Source of the DNA: an uncultured Bacilli bacterium
Lineage (GTDB): Bacteria; Bacillota_I; Bacilli_A; RF39; UBA660
Length of the DNA stretch: 64,000 bases
Reading direction: 5' to 3'
Assembly: GCA_934096235.1 (NCBI GenBank)
Contig: CAKOLO010000005.1
Coordinates: 1,084 to 65,083, forward strand
Below the pieces are notes generated by a model that was not told where the DNA came from, made no database searches, and was given only the letters and a program-made list of their open reading frames with translations. The translations under genes were made by a program, and so were the position numbers. Below are positions 40,758-49,136 of this stretch, one piece after another (the first letter of the stretch is position 1; each line of letters starts with the position of its first letter).

Positions 40758-41486
40758 ATGGAAATATTAAGTACAAAAGGTTCTGAGTTTATAGTATATA
40801 ATGACGAAAATACTGTATATAAGATCTATAGAAAAGATTATAAATTAAGTCATAAAACAAAAGAAGAACTAGAATATATGTCTTCATTAAAAACAAAAAG
40901 AATATTAATGCCAAGTTCATTAATCATAATAGATGGAAAATTAAATGGATACAAAATGCCATATGTAAAAGGTAAAAAGAACATATTAGATACTAAAATG
41001 ATAGATTTAATCCATGAATTACACATCATAGATGAAGATATAAAACTATTAAGTAAAGCATTAATTAGACTATTAGATATAAATAGAGAAAATACGATAT
41101 TTAATGGAAAATTATACTTAATAGATCCAGGGAACTACCTTATAAATGATATAAAAGCATTACTTCCATACCTAGAAAATGAAAATCCAAATATTATAGA
41201 AATAATAGAAATAATAGAAGCATGGAATTATGATAAATTAAATAAACTACTAGATGAATTACTTTTTATTAATAATGATGAAATAGATTATTATTTATTA
41301 AGAAAAATAATTGAATTCTTTAGTATTGAAAGAAATAAAAAAGGTGTAAAATTTAATCTAAGTATATTTGAAACATATTTTGATACATCTTTAACTATAA
41401 GAGAATCAATAAGCAAATTTATAAAAGAATACATAAAAATAGATGAAGAAGAGAAAAAAATATTTCTATCATTAGTATTAAAATAA
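40758..41486 (+). CDS. Minimal protein-kinase-like fold protein
   Basis: VYKIYRK (VAIK-like Lys), LLDINRENTIF (HRD/catalytic-loop-like D..N) and LYLIDPGNY (DFG-like). I set the start at ATG 40758, 8 nt after AGGGGG. Confidence 0.5.
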   Translation: MEILSTKGSEFIVYNDENTVYKIYRKDYKLSHKTKEELEYMSSLKTKRILMPSSLIIIDGKLNGYKMPYVKGKKNILDTKMIDLIHELHIIDEDIKLLSKALIRLLDINRENTIFNGKLYLIDPGNYLINDIKALLPYLENENPNIIEIIEIIEAWNYDKLNKLLDELLFINNDEIDYYLLRKIIEFFSIERNKKGVKFNLSIFETYFDTSLTIRESISKFIKEYIKIDEEEKKIFLSLVLK

Positions 41487-41603
41487 TAAAATACTTTTAT
41501 AAAGATTTATGCTAAAATATAAATATAACAAATTAGATTATGATAATATATTAAATAGTGGAGAACTTGATGAAAATAACACCATCGAAAAAATTGATTT
41601 TGA

Positions 41604-41735
41604 TATTTTTTAAAGAGTGCTACTGATATAAAAGTTATAAATAATAAATATGGATCAAAAAAAGCAATATCATACTTATTTGGCTTTAATGAAAAAGGAC
41701 TTTTGCTTGAAAATACTATGAAGTCTTATAAATAA
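41604..41735 (+). pseudogene. Decayed, internally deleted paralog of the 43964-44371 ORF
   Basis: AISYLFGFNEKG and LLLENTM match ATSYLFGFDEKG and ILLENTM of the intact ORF. At nucleotide level I counted 33 of 36 and 19 of 20 identical. About 45 codons between the two blocks are missing, and there is no start codon. Confidence 0.55.
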
Positions 41736-41759
41736 AGACTTTTAGTCTTATTTCTTTTT
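41735..41759 (+). terminator. Terminator-like hairpin
   Basis: AAGACT-TTT-AGTCTT followed by ATTTCTTTTT. Confidence 0.45.
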
Positions 41760-41858
41760 ACATTTTATAACTGGAAAATGATAGTTATTTTAAATAAAAT
41801 AGGGGTAATAACGACTTATGGAAAACTTTTATATGAAACAATAAATAAGGAGGTAGTA

Positions 41859-42714
41859 ATGAAGAAAATTGGAGATAGATATACTAATAATACTTTTGAA
41901 AATATTAAACATATAGATGAATATGGAAATGAATATTGGTATGCACGTGAATTACAAAAAGTACTGGAATACAAGGATTGGAGAAATTTTCAAAAAGTAA
42001 TAGATAAAGCAGTTTTATCAGCAAATAATAGTGTTTCAAATGAAGAAGATTGGGTTGTTGAAGTCAACAAGCCAATAAAAACTGGTAAAGGTAAAGAAGA
42101 ATTTATTAAAGACTATAAACTTTCAAGATATATATGTTATTTAATAGTGCAAAATGCTGATCCAAGCAAAGAAGTTGTTGCTTTAGGACAAACATATTTT
42201 GCTATTCAAACAAGAAAACAAGAAATAACAGAACAAGAATATGATTCTTTATCAGATGATGAAAAAAGATTTTATCAAAGAAAATTAACAAAACAAGGTA
42301 ATTATACGTTACAAAAAATTGCTTCATCTGCTGGTGTTAAAAATATGGATGAATTTCACAATGCTGGTTGTAAGGGACTTTATAATGGTGAAACAGCTGA
42401 TGATATATTTAAGAGAAAAAAATTAAGATACCGTGAAGATATTCTAGATAACATGTATGAAGATGAGTTAGTTGCAAATTTATTTAGAATAAATCAAACA
42501 AAACAGAAACTTATAAGAGATAATATAAAAGGTGAAAAAAGCAGCAAAAGTTGCGCATTATGAAGTTGGTAAAAAGGTTAGAAAGGCGATTGCGGATATT
42601 GGGGGAATGATGCCTGAGGACATGCCAACACCAGAAAAAAGTCTAAAAGAGCTTGAAAAAGAAAAGAAAAAGTTAGAAAATAATGATGTAAAAAAGATTA
42701 AAAATAGAAATTGA
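41859..42714 (+). pseudogene. dinD: DNA damage-inducible protein D (DinD), interrupted by a +1 frameshift
   Basis: FENIKHIDEYGNEYWYARELQKVLEYKDWRNF... is DinD-like. The frame breaks in the A6 run at 42535-42540, and the 3' part continues in ORF 42532-42714 (AAKVAHYEVGKKVRKAIADIGGMMPEDMP). Removing one A restores KGEKAAKVAHYEVG. The start at 41859 follows AAGGAGG. Confidence 0.7.
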
Positions 42715-42731
42715 AAGTAGAAGTGAAAAGA

Positions 42732-42773
42732 ATGAATAATGAAAATATAAATAAAACAAATATTAACTGGTAA
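42732..42773 (+). pseudogene. 13-codon ORF ending INW-stop: possible displaced 5' end of rbgA
   Basis: MNNENINKTNINW followed by a stop. The last 10 nt, TTAACTGGTA (42763-42772), are identical to 44499-44508 inside rbgA, at the conserved LNWYPGHM motif. Similarity ends exactly there. Confidence 0.3.
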
Positions 42774-42922
42774 AGAACGACTTATATAAACTCTCTTAAA
42801 ACTCCTTATTTTATAAGGCTTTTAATTAAACTCCTTTTTACAATTTTTAATAAAAAATTAATAAAAATTATGTGAGAGTGATTTATGGAAAACTAATATT
42901 TTAGACAAAGGAGATGACAACA

Positions 42923-43939
42923 ATGGCAAAAGATTTGATAATTAGAAGTAGCACTGAAGAATTTATAACATTCAAACTTCAAGAAAAAGACAAAGGAATA
43001 CAAGTAAGATATGAAAATGAAACTTTATGGATGACTCAAAAAGCTATGACGGAATTATTTAATGTAGAACAACCGGCAATAGCAAAGCATTTAATTAATA
43101 TCTATAATGAAAAGGAGTTAGATAAAGATTCAACTTATTCCAAAATGGAATTAGTTCAAAAAGAGGGACATAGAAGTGTTAAGAGAAATGTTGAATTTTA
43201 TAATTTAGATGCAATAATATCAGTTGGATATAGAGTAAATTCATTAAGAGCGACACAATTTAGAAGATGGGCGACAAATATACTTAAAACATTTACAATT
43301 CAAGGATATGTATTAGATAAAGAAAGAATGAAAAATGGTTCATTTATTGATAAAGATTATTTTGAAAAGTTATTAGAAGAAATCCGAGAAATTAGACTAT
43401 CTGAAAGAAGATTTTATCAAAAAGTAACTGATATTTATGCTACAAGTATAGATTATGATCCTAAATCTCCTATATCAATCGATTTCTTTAAAAGAGTTCA
43501 AAATAAAATGCACTTTGCTGTATCAAAACAAACGGCAGCAGAACTTATATATAATAGAGTTAATTCAGAAAAAGAACATATGGGTTTGACCTCATGGAAA
43601 AATAGTCCTAATGGTAAAATTATGGAATCAGATGTAATAATTGCTAAAAATTATTTAAATAAAGAAGAATTAAGTGATTTAGAGGGAATTGTTAGTGCAT
43701 TTTTAGAAATTGCTGAAAATAGGGCGAGAAGACATATTCCAATGACGATGGAGGACTGGTCATCTAGAATAGATAAGTTTTTGCTTGCAGATGATAGGGA
43801 TATATTAAAAGATGCTGGAAAAATATCACATGAAATAGCTTGTGATAAAGCATTAACAGAATTTGAAAAATATAGAATAAAACAAGATAAATTATATAAA
43901 TCAGATTTTGATTTATTAATAGAAGAAACAAATAAATGA
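42923..43939 (+). CDS. rhuM: RhuM-family protein
   Basis: IQVRYENETLWMTQKAMTELF, NLDAIISVGYRVNSLRATQFRRWATNILK and ERRFYQKVTDIYATSIDYD are typical of the RhuM family. I set the start at ATG 42923, 9 nt after AAAGGAG. Confidence 0.75.
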   Translation: MAKDLIIRSSTEEFITFKLQEKDKGIQVRYENETLWMTQKAMTELFNVEQPAIAKHLINIYNEKELDKDSTYSKMELVQKEGHRSVKRNVEFYNLDAIISVGYRVNSLRATQFRRWATNILKTFTIQGYVLDKERMKNGSFIDKDYFEKLLEEIREIRLSERRFYQKVTDIYATSIDYDPKSPISIDFFKRVQNKMHFAVSKQTAAELIYNRVNSEKEHMGLTSWKNSPNGKIMESDVIIAKNYLNKEELSDLEGIVSAFLEIAENRARRHIPMTMEDWSSRIDKFLLADDRDILKDAGKISHEIACDKALTEFEKYRIKQDKLYKSDFDLLIEETNK

Positions 43940-43963
43940 TAAAATGAAAGGAAGATTAGGAAT

Positions 43964-44371
43964 ATGCTTAATTTAGAAAAAGTAAAAGAAGAATTAAACA
44001 AATGGAATTTTAGTTATAAAAATAATATTGTGCCGGGACATAGTACCTATAAAGTAAAATGGGTTTTACCAGCTGGCCCAGTAATTGTAATTGCCTCAGA
44101 AAGAGCAACATCATACTTATTTGGGTTTGATGAAAAAGGAATTCATGTTTTTCCGGTAGAAGGCAACTGGAATATATTAGATTGCTGTTTAATAGAATGG
44201 AAAAACATCACAAAATTTGAAATGAAAAAAAGTATTTTACTTGAAAATACTATGAATATTACGACTGATGAAATGAAAGTATCATTAAAAATAAATAAAA
44301 TGGTTGCAGGTAATCCATGGGTTAAAGAAAATATAAAAGAATTAGAAAAACTAAATTATTATAAAAAATAG
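43964..44371 (+). CDS. Small hypothetical protein, bacterial PH-domain-like (YokE-like?)
   Basis: 135 aa, tightly following rhuM. GPVIVIASERATSYLFGFDEKGIHVF resembles bacterial PH-like domains; this is a weak call. Confidence 0.45.
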   Translation: MLNLEKVKEELNKWNFSYKNNIVPGHSTYKVKWVLPAGPVIVIASERATSYLFGFDEKGIHVFPVEGNWNILDCCLIEWKNITKFEMKKSILLENTMNITTDEMKVSLKINKMVAGNPWVKENIKELEKLNYYKK

Positions 44372-44419
44372 TTATATAAAAGTGTAAAAAAGTTTTTATT
44401 AAAAGGAAAGTGAAATTTT

Positions 44420-45334
44420 ATGGATATGTATCAAAAAAGAAAAGCAAGAGCAGAAAAGAAAAATAACAACCAAGAAGAAAAGTTAACTAAAGTCGTTCTT
44501 AACTGGTATCCAGGGCACATGGCTAAAACAAAAAGAGAAATAGGAAATATTATGAGTATGGTTGATATAGTTATCGAAGTAATAGATTCTAGAGTACCAT
44601 TTTCAAGTAGAATACCAGATTTAAAGAAAATAACAAGAGAAAAACAAAATATAATAGTATTTAATAAATATGACTTATGTGATAAAACTGAAACTGAAAA
44701 GTGGATTAATAAATATAAAAGCGAAGGATATATTACAGTTACGTGTGACTCTAAAAATTCAAATGATTATAAAAAAATTATTGAAGAAGTTAGAAAGTTA
44801 ATGACTGAAGTAAATAAAAAAAGAGAAGCAAAAGGAATGTTACCTAAAAAAGCAAAATGCTTAGTAATAGGTGTACCAAATGTAGGCAAAAGTACATTAA
44901 TAAATAAGTTAGCTGGAAGAAATATAGTAGGTGTAGGTAATAAACCTGGAGTAACTAAGCAAATAAATACGATTAAAATAAATGAATTTATGGATCTTTT
45001 AGATACTCCTGGAATTCTATGGCCAAAATTTGAAAATCAAAATGTTGCTCTTAATTTAGCTTCAATGACAATTATAAAAGAAGAAATACTTACCATAGAA
45101 GAAGTAGCAATTCATATATTAAAAAAATTAGATAATTATTACAAAGATATTTTAAAAAAAGAATTTGGAATAGAGTATTATAACGATGATGAAGTAGAGG
45201 AATGTTTTACTAAGATATCTAAATATAAAAATATACCGGTAAATGGTGAAGTAGATTATGAAAGAGTTAGCTTAGTAATATTAAATTCAATAAAACAAGA
45301 AAAAATTAAAGGAATTACTTTCGATAGAATATAG
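44420..45334 (+). CDS. rbgA: Ribosome biogenesis GTPase A (YlqF/RbgA)
   Basis: Circularly permuted GTPase: NWYPGHMAKT, NKYDL, VIGVPNVGKSTLINKL and DTPGILWPKF. Confidence 0.88.
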   Translation: MDMYQKRKARAEKKNNNQEEKLTKVVLNWYPGHMAKTKREIGNIMSMVDIVIEVIDSRVPFSSRIPDLKKITREKQNIIVFNKYDLCDKTETEKWINKYKSEGYITVTCDSKNSNDYKKIIEEVRKLMTEVNKKREAKGMLPKKAKCLVIGVPNVGKSTLINKLAGRNIVGVGNKPGVTKQINTIKINEFMDLLDTPGILWPKFENQNVALNLASMTIIKEEILTIEEVAIHILKKLDNYYKDILKKEFGIEYYNDDEVEECFTKISKYKNIPVNGEVDYERVSLVILNSIKQEKIKGITFDRI

Positions 45335-45360
45335 TATGTATCAAAAATGAAACAAAAGTG

Positions 45361-45389
45361 TTGACATATCAAAACTTGAATGATATAAT
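45361..45389 (+). promoter_or_regulatory. Consensus sigma-A promoter
   Basis: TTGACA, a 17-nt spacer ending TGA, then TATAAT (extended -10). Confidence 0.7.
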
Positions 45390-45420
45390 GTATGCGTAAT
45401 CAATGAGGGGGTTTTGATTT

Positions 45421-46002
45421 ATGAGTAAATATACAAATGCGAGACAACGTGCTTATAGTGATATGGTGTTTGGTAAATGTTTTGACAAATACAAAGAAAT
45501 ATTTGGAGATGGAACAACTGCTAGAACGGTAGCAAGAGCAATTAATGCGGGTAGTACTACAACAACTAGTGTAGATGCAATTATAAAATTAATTGTTACA
45601 ATCTTCAAAAGCAAAGGCTTTACAGAAGAAGAAGCCATTAAATATTTAAATGAAAACAAAAGAATATTTGAATTAAGTTATGATCAAGTTTTCACTTCAT
45701 TAGCTTTAGTTGATACAGCAGGATTAAGTGAAAAGGCAGTATTTGAAAATCAAAATTTTATGATTAGATCACATGACTTAAAAAAATTATATAATGCAGT
45801 AAGAATATGTAGAAGAGACAATGAAACACCTACACTTGAAGCAATAACAGCATTAGAATTAAATGATGAACAAAAAATAGAATTTGAATATAAAAAACCA
45901 AGAATTGACATGTATAAAAATATGTATAAAGCAAAAATATTAAAAGAATTAAGTGAACAAAAAGAAAAAGAAGGAAGTACTTTAAAGAGAACTGAAAAAT
46001 AA
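45421..46002 (+). CDS. Hypothetical helical-repeat protein
   Basis: 193 aa behind a consensus promoter. Repeated G(F/L)(T/S)EE...-type helical units (KGFTEEEAIKYLNENKRIF, AGLSEKAVFENQNFMI) are faintly mTERF-like. Confidence 0.45.
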   Translation: MSKYTNARQRAYSDMVFGKCFDKYKEIFGDGTTARTVARAINAGSTTTTSVDAIIKLIVTIFKSKGFTEEEAIKYLNENKRIFELSYDQVFTSLALVDTAGLSEKAVFENQNFMIRSHDLKKLYNAVRICRRDNETPTLEAITALELNDEQKIEFEYKKPRIDMYKNMYKAKILKELSEQKEKEGSTLKRTEK

Positions 46003-46017
46003 TCAGTTCTTTTTTTT
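45988..46017 (+). terminator. Rho-independent terminator
   Basis: AGAACTGA-AAAATAA-TCAGTTCT followed by a T-run. Confidence 0.8.
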
Positions 46018-46090
46018 GTGAAATTTAAATTTTAAGGTTTACATTTACCCAAATTACTTTTATAATAAATACTCGTACACAGGAGGAAGC

Positions 46091-48409
46091 ATGATTAAGA
46101 GTAATTTACCAGTTATATTATTAAAAAATCTTGTATTACTTCCTTATCAAGAGGTTAGAGTTGAAATAAAAAGTGATGTAAGCAAAAAAGTCACTGAAAT
46201 TTCAAAACTATATCATGATAGTGAAGTCTTAATCGTTTGCCCCCTAAATTCTCTTGAAGAAAAACCAGATACATCAGACTTACCAAGAATAGGTGTAGTT
46301 GGTAAAATAAAAAGTATAATAGATTTACCAAATGGTAATATGAGAGTTATCATATATGGCCAATATAGAGTAAAAGTAATAAGCTATGTAAATTATTCAA
46401 ATGAAGAAGACATATTAGATAGCATAATTACAAATATTGAAGTACATGATAGTGAAATAGAATGTTCAGCATATCAAAGAAAATTAATGACAGAGTTAGA
46501 AAGTTATGTTAATAAAAATCCATTTGTTACTAACTCAATAATGTCTCAAATAAGAAATAATGTTTCATTAGATAAATTAACTGATTTAATTGGCAATTTT
46601 TTACCACTTAGTTTTGAAAAAAAATTAAATTTAATGTTAGATGCATCATCTATAAGTAGAAGCAAATTGTTAATAAAAGAACTTGCTATTGAAAGTGCAG
46701 TAATGGACTTAGAAGGTCATATAGAAACTGAAATAAAAAAAGGATTAGATGATACTCAAAAAGAATTCATTTTAAAAGAAAAATTAAAAGTTATAAAAAA
46801 CGAACTAGGTCAAAATGATACAAAAGACGATGATGTATTAAAGTTTAAAGAAAGACTTGAAAATGGTTTATTTCCAGAAAGAATAAAAACTAAATTAATA
46901 ACTGAAATAGAAAGATATAGTGCAACTAGTGAAGTAAGTCCTGATGCAGGAGTTATAAGAAATTATATAGAATATTTACTTTCTGTTCCATGGTATAATG
47001 AGACAAAAGATGAAAAAGATTTATTAAAAATTGAAAAAAAATTAAATGAATCTCATTATGGAATGGACAATGCAAAACTTAGAATAGTAGAATATATAGC
47101 TGTAAAAAGTATATCACCTGATATTAATAGCCCAATATTATGTTTAGTAGGTCCTCCTGGAGTAGGAAAAACTACATTTGCAGAATCTATCTCATATGCA
47201 CTAAATAGAAATTTCGTAAAAATATCATTAGGTGGAATGAGCGATTCTTCAGAATTAGTAGGACATAGACGAGCATATATAGGTTCAAACCCAGGTAAAA
47301 TTATTTCATCTCTAATTAGATGTGGAAGCAATAATCCAGTATTCTTATTAGATGAAGTTGATAAACTAAAGAAAGATTACAAAGGTGATCCAGCATCAAC
47401 ACTATTAGATATTTTAGATGTAAGTCAAAATAAAAGATTCGTAGATAATTATATAGATGAAGAAATAGATTTATCAAAAATACTATTTGTATTAACAGCA
47501 AACGATATATCAGGTATACCAGCAGCACTTCTAGATAGACTTGAAATAATAGATTTAACTGGCTACACTGATAGTGAAAAACTGCTTATATGTGAAAACT
47601 ACCTAATACCTAACATTCTTAAAAAGGCAGGTCTTAAAAATACTGTTATTAAATTTGAAACACCGGCTATTATTAAAATTATCGAAGAATATACAAATGA
47701 AGCAGGGGTAAGAGAATTAGAAAGATGCATAAGTAAAATAACAAGAAAAGTAATAACAGAACATATAAAAGCATCAAGAAAAATAGTAAGTGTTAGAATA
47801 AAAGAAGCAGATTTACCCCATTACTTAGAACAAGAACTTTATAGTACTAAAAAAGCAAAGAAAATAACAAGTACAGGAGTAGTAAGAGCAGTCGCATGTA
47901 ATAAGTCAGGTGGAACAACATTGGATATAGAGTGTTCATCATTTAAAGGAAATGGTAACTATACATTCACAGGATCACTTGGAGAAGTAACAAAAGAAAG
48001 TATCGAAGTAGCGATAAGTTATATTAAAAGTAATAGTAAACTCCTTAATATAGATGAAGACTTTTTCATGACACATGACATACATATCCATTTTACAGAA
48101 GGCTCAAATCCAAAAGATGGACCATCAGCAGGTATATCCATCACAACAGCAATCTTATCACATATAAAAAATAAAAAAATAAGCGATGAAATTTCAATGA
48201 CTGGAGAAATAACACTAAAAGGAGATATTCTAAAAGTAGGTGGTATAAAAGAAAAATCAATAGCCTGCTTTAGAAATAAAATAAAAACACTTTATATACC
48301 AGAAGAAAATAAAAATGATATAAATTGGTTAGAAAAAGATTTAAAAGAATCAATAGAATTTATACCAATAGGTAATTATGAAGAACTATTTAAAAAAATA
48401 TTCGATTAA
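46091..48409 (+). CDS. lon: ATP-dependent Lon protease (LonA type)
   Basis: LON N-domain, Walker A GPPGVGKTT, Walker B FLLDEVDK, catalytic KDGPSAG and the Lys in LKVGGIKEK. Confidence 0.95.
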   Translation: MIKSNLPVILLKNLVLLPYQEVRVEIKSDVSKKVTEISKLYHDSEVLIVCPLNSLEEKPDTSDLPRIGVVGKIKSIIDLPNGNMRVIIYGQYRVKVISYVNYSNEEDILDSIITNIEVHDSEIECSAYQRKLMTELESYVNKNPFVTNSIMSQIRNNVSLDKLTDLIGNFLPLSFEKKLNLMLDASSISRSKLLIKELAIESAVMDLEGHIETEIKKGLDDTQKEFILKEKLKVIKNELGQNDTKDDDVLKFKERLENGLFPERIKTKLITEIERYSATSEVSPDAGVIRNYIEYLLSVPWYNETKDEKDLLKIEKKLNESHYGMDNAKLRIVEYIAVKSISPDINSPILCLVGPPGVGKTTFAESISYALNRNFVKISLGGMSDSSELVGHRRAYIGSNPGKIISSLIRCGSNNPVFLLDEVDKLKKDYKGDPASTLLDILDVSQNKRFVDNYIDEEIDLSKILFVLTANDISGIPAALLDRLEIIDLTGYTDSEKLLICENYLIPNILKKAGLKNTVIKFETPAIIKIIEEYTNEAGVRELERCISKITRKVITEHIKASRKIVSVRIKEADLPHYLEQELYSTKKAKKITSTGVVRAVACNKSGGTTLDIECSSFKGNGNYTFTGSLGEVTKESIEVAISYIKSNSKLLNIDEDFFMTHDIHIHFTEGSNPKDGPSAGISITTAILSHIKNKKISDEISMTGEITLKGDILKVGGIKEKSIACFRNKIKTLYIPEENKNDINWLEKDLKESIEFIPIGNYEELFKKIFD

Positions 48410-48455
48410 GAATATTTTTTTTGTTGAATCATATATTTTATTGAAAGGAGAATAT

Positions 48456-49136
48456 ATGAAAGAAATTATTCCAATTAAAAAAGACATAATATTTAAAACT
48501 AAAATTGGTGAATTAAATAATATTAGTTTAGACCATGACTATAAAATAAATGAAGACTCAGTAGTTGGGACAGTATCAATAAGTGGTACATATAAAATGA
48601 CAGAAGCAAGCGTTATAGAAGAAGAATTCTACTATACAATTCCATTCGAAGTCGCATTATCTTCAAGAATAGATAAAGACACAATAAAAATAGAAATAGA
48701 TGACTTTAAATACACTATTGATAAAGATGTATTGAAGGTAAATATTGAATTAGAATTAACATGCGATGAGAGGGAAGAAAATAAAATGGAAGAAGATTAT
48801 GACTTGGATAATTATATTGATAACTATTTTGATGATAAACCAATAGACCTAAATATAGAAGAACACAACGAAGAAATAAAAGATAATAATATAAATACTG
48901 AAATAAAACTAGAAAAGAATGATATAGATCTAAATGAAAATATAAATAATATAACAAACATAATAAATAATGAAAATAAATATTATACATACAAAGTATA
49001 TATTGTAAGAGAAGGCGATACTTTAGAAACAATATGTTCAAAATATAATGTTACACCTAATGATTTAAAAGAATACAATAATATTAATGAAATAAATATC
49101 GGAGATAAAATAATAATACAACAAATAAATGAGTAA
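48456..49136 (+). CDS. SpoVID-like sporulation protein (acidic middle region, C-terminal LysM)
   Basis: C-terminal LysM motif YIVREGDTLETICSKYNVTPNDLKEYN...GDKIII, an acidic Asn/Asp/Glu-rich centre, and a position directly upstream of a CotS/YsxE-like gene as in Bacillus spoVID-ysxE. The start at 48456 follows AAAGGAG. Confidence 0.45.
   Translation: MKEIIPIKKDIIFKTKIGELNNISLDHDYKINEDSVVGTVSISGTYKMTEASVIEEEFYYTIPFEVALSSRIDKDTIKIEIDDFKYTIDKDVLKVNIELELTCDEREENKMEEDYDLDNYIDNYFDDKPIDLNIEEHNEEIKDNNINTEIKLEKNDIDLNENINNITNIINNENKYYTYKVYIVREGDTLETICSKYNVTPNDLKEYNNINEINIGDKIIIQQINE

Noticed and set aside
41196-41220. 9-bp tandem repeat (ATAGAAATA x about 2.8) encoding IIEIIEIIE
   Set aside because: It is too short to call a functional repeat or contingency locus. 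I note it only as a possible in-frame slippage site.
43651-44001. Minus-strand 116-aa ORF
   Set aside because: It is antisense to the 3' end of rhuM and the start of the downstream ORF. No signals.
48780-48990. Apparent repeats in the Asn/Asp/Ile-rich centre of the SpoVID-like gene
   Set aside because: This is compositional low complexity driven by AT-rich codons. I could not define a consistent repeat unit.
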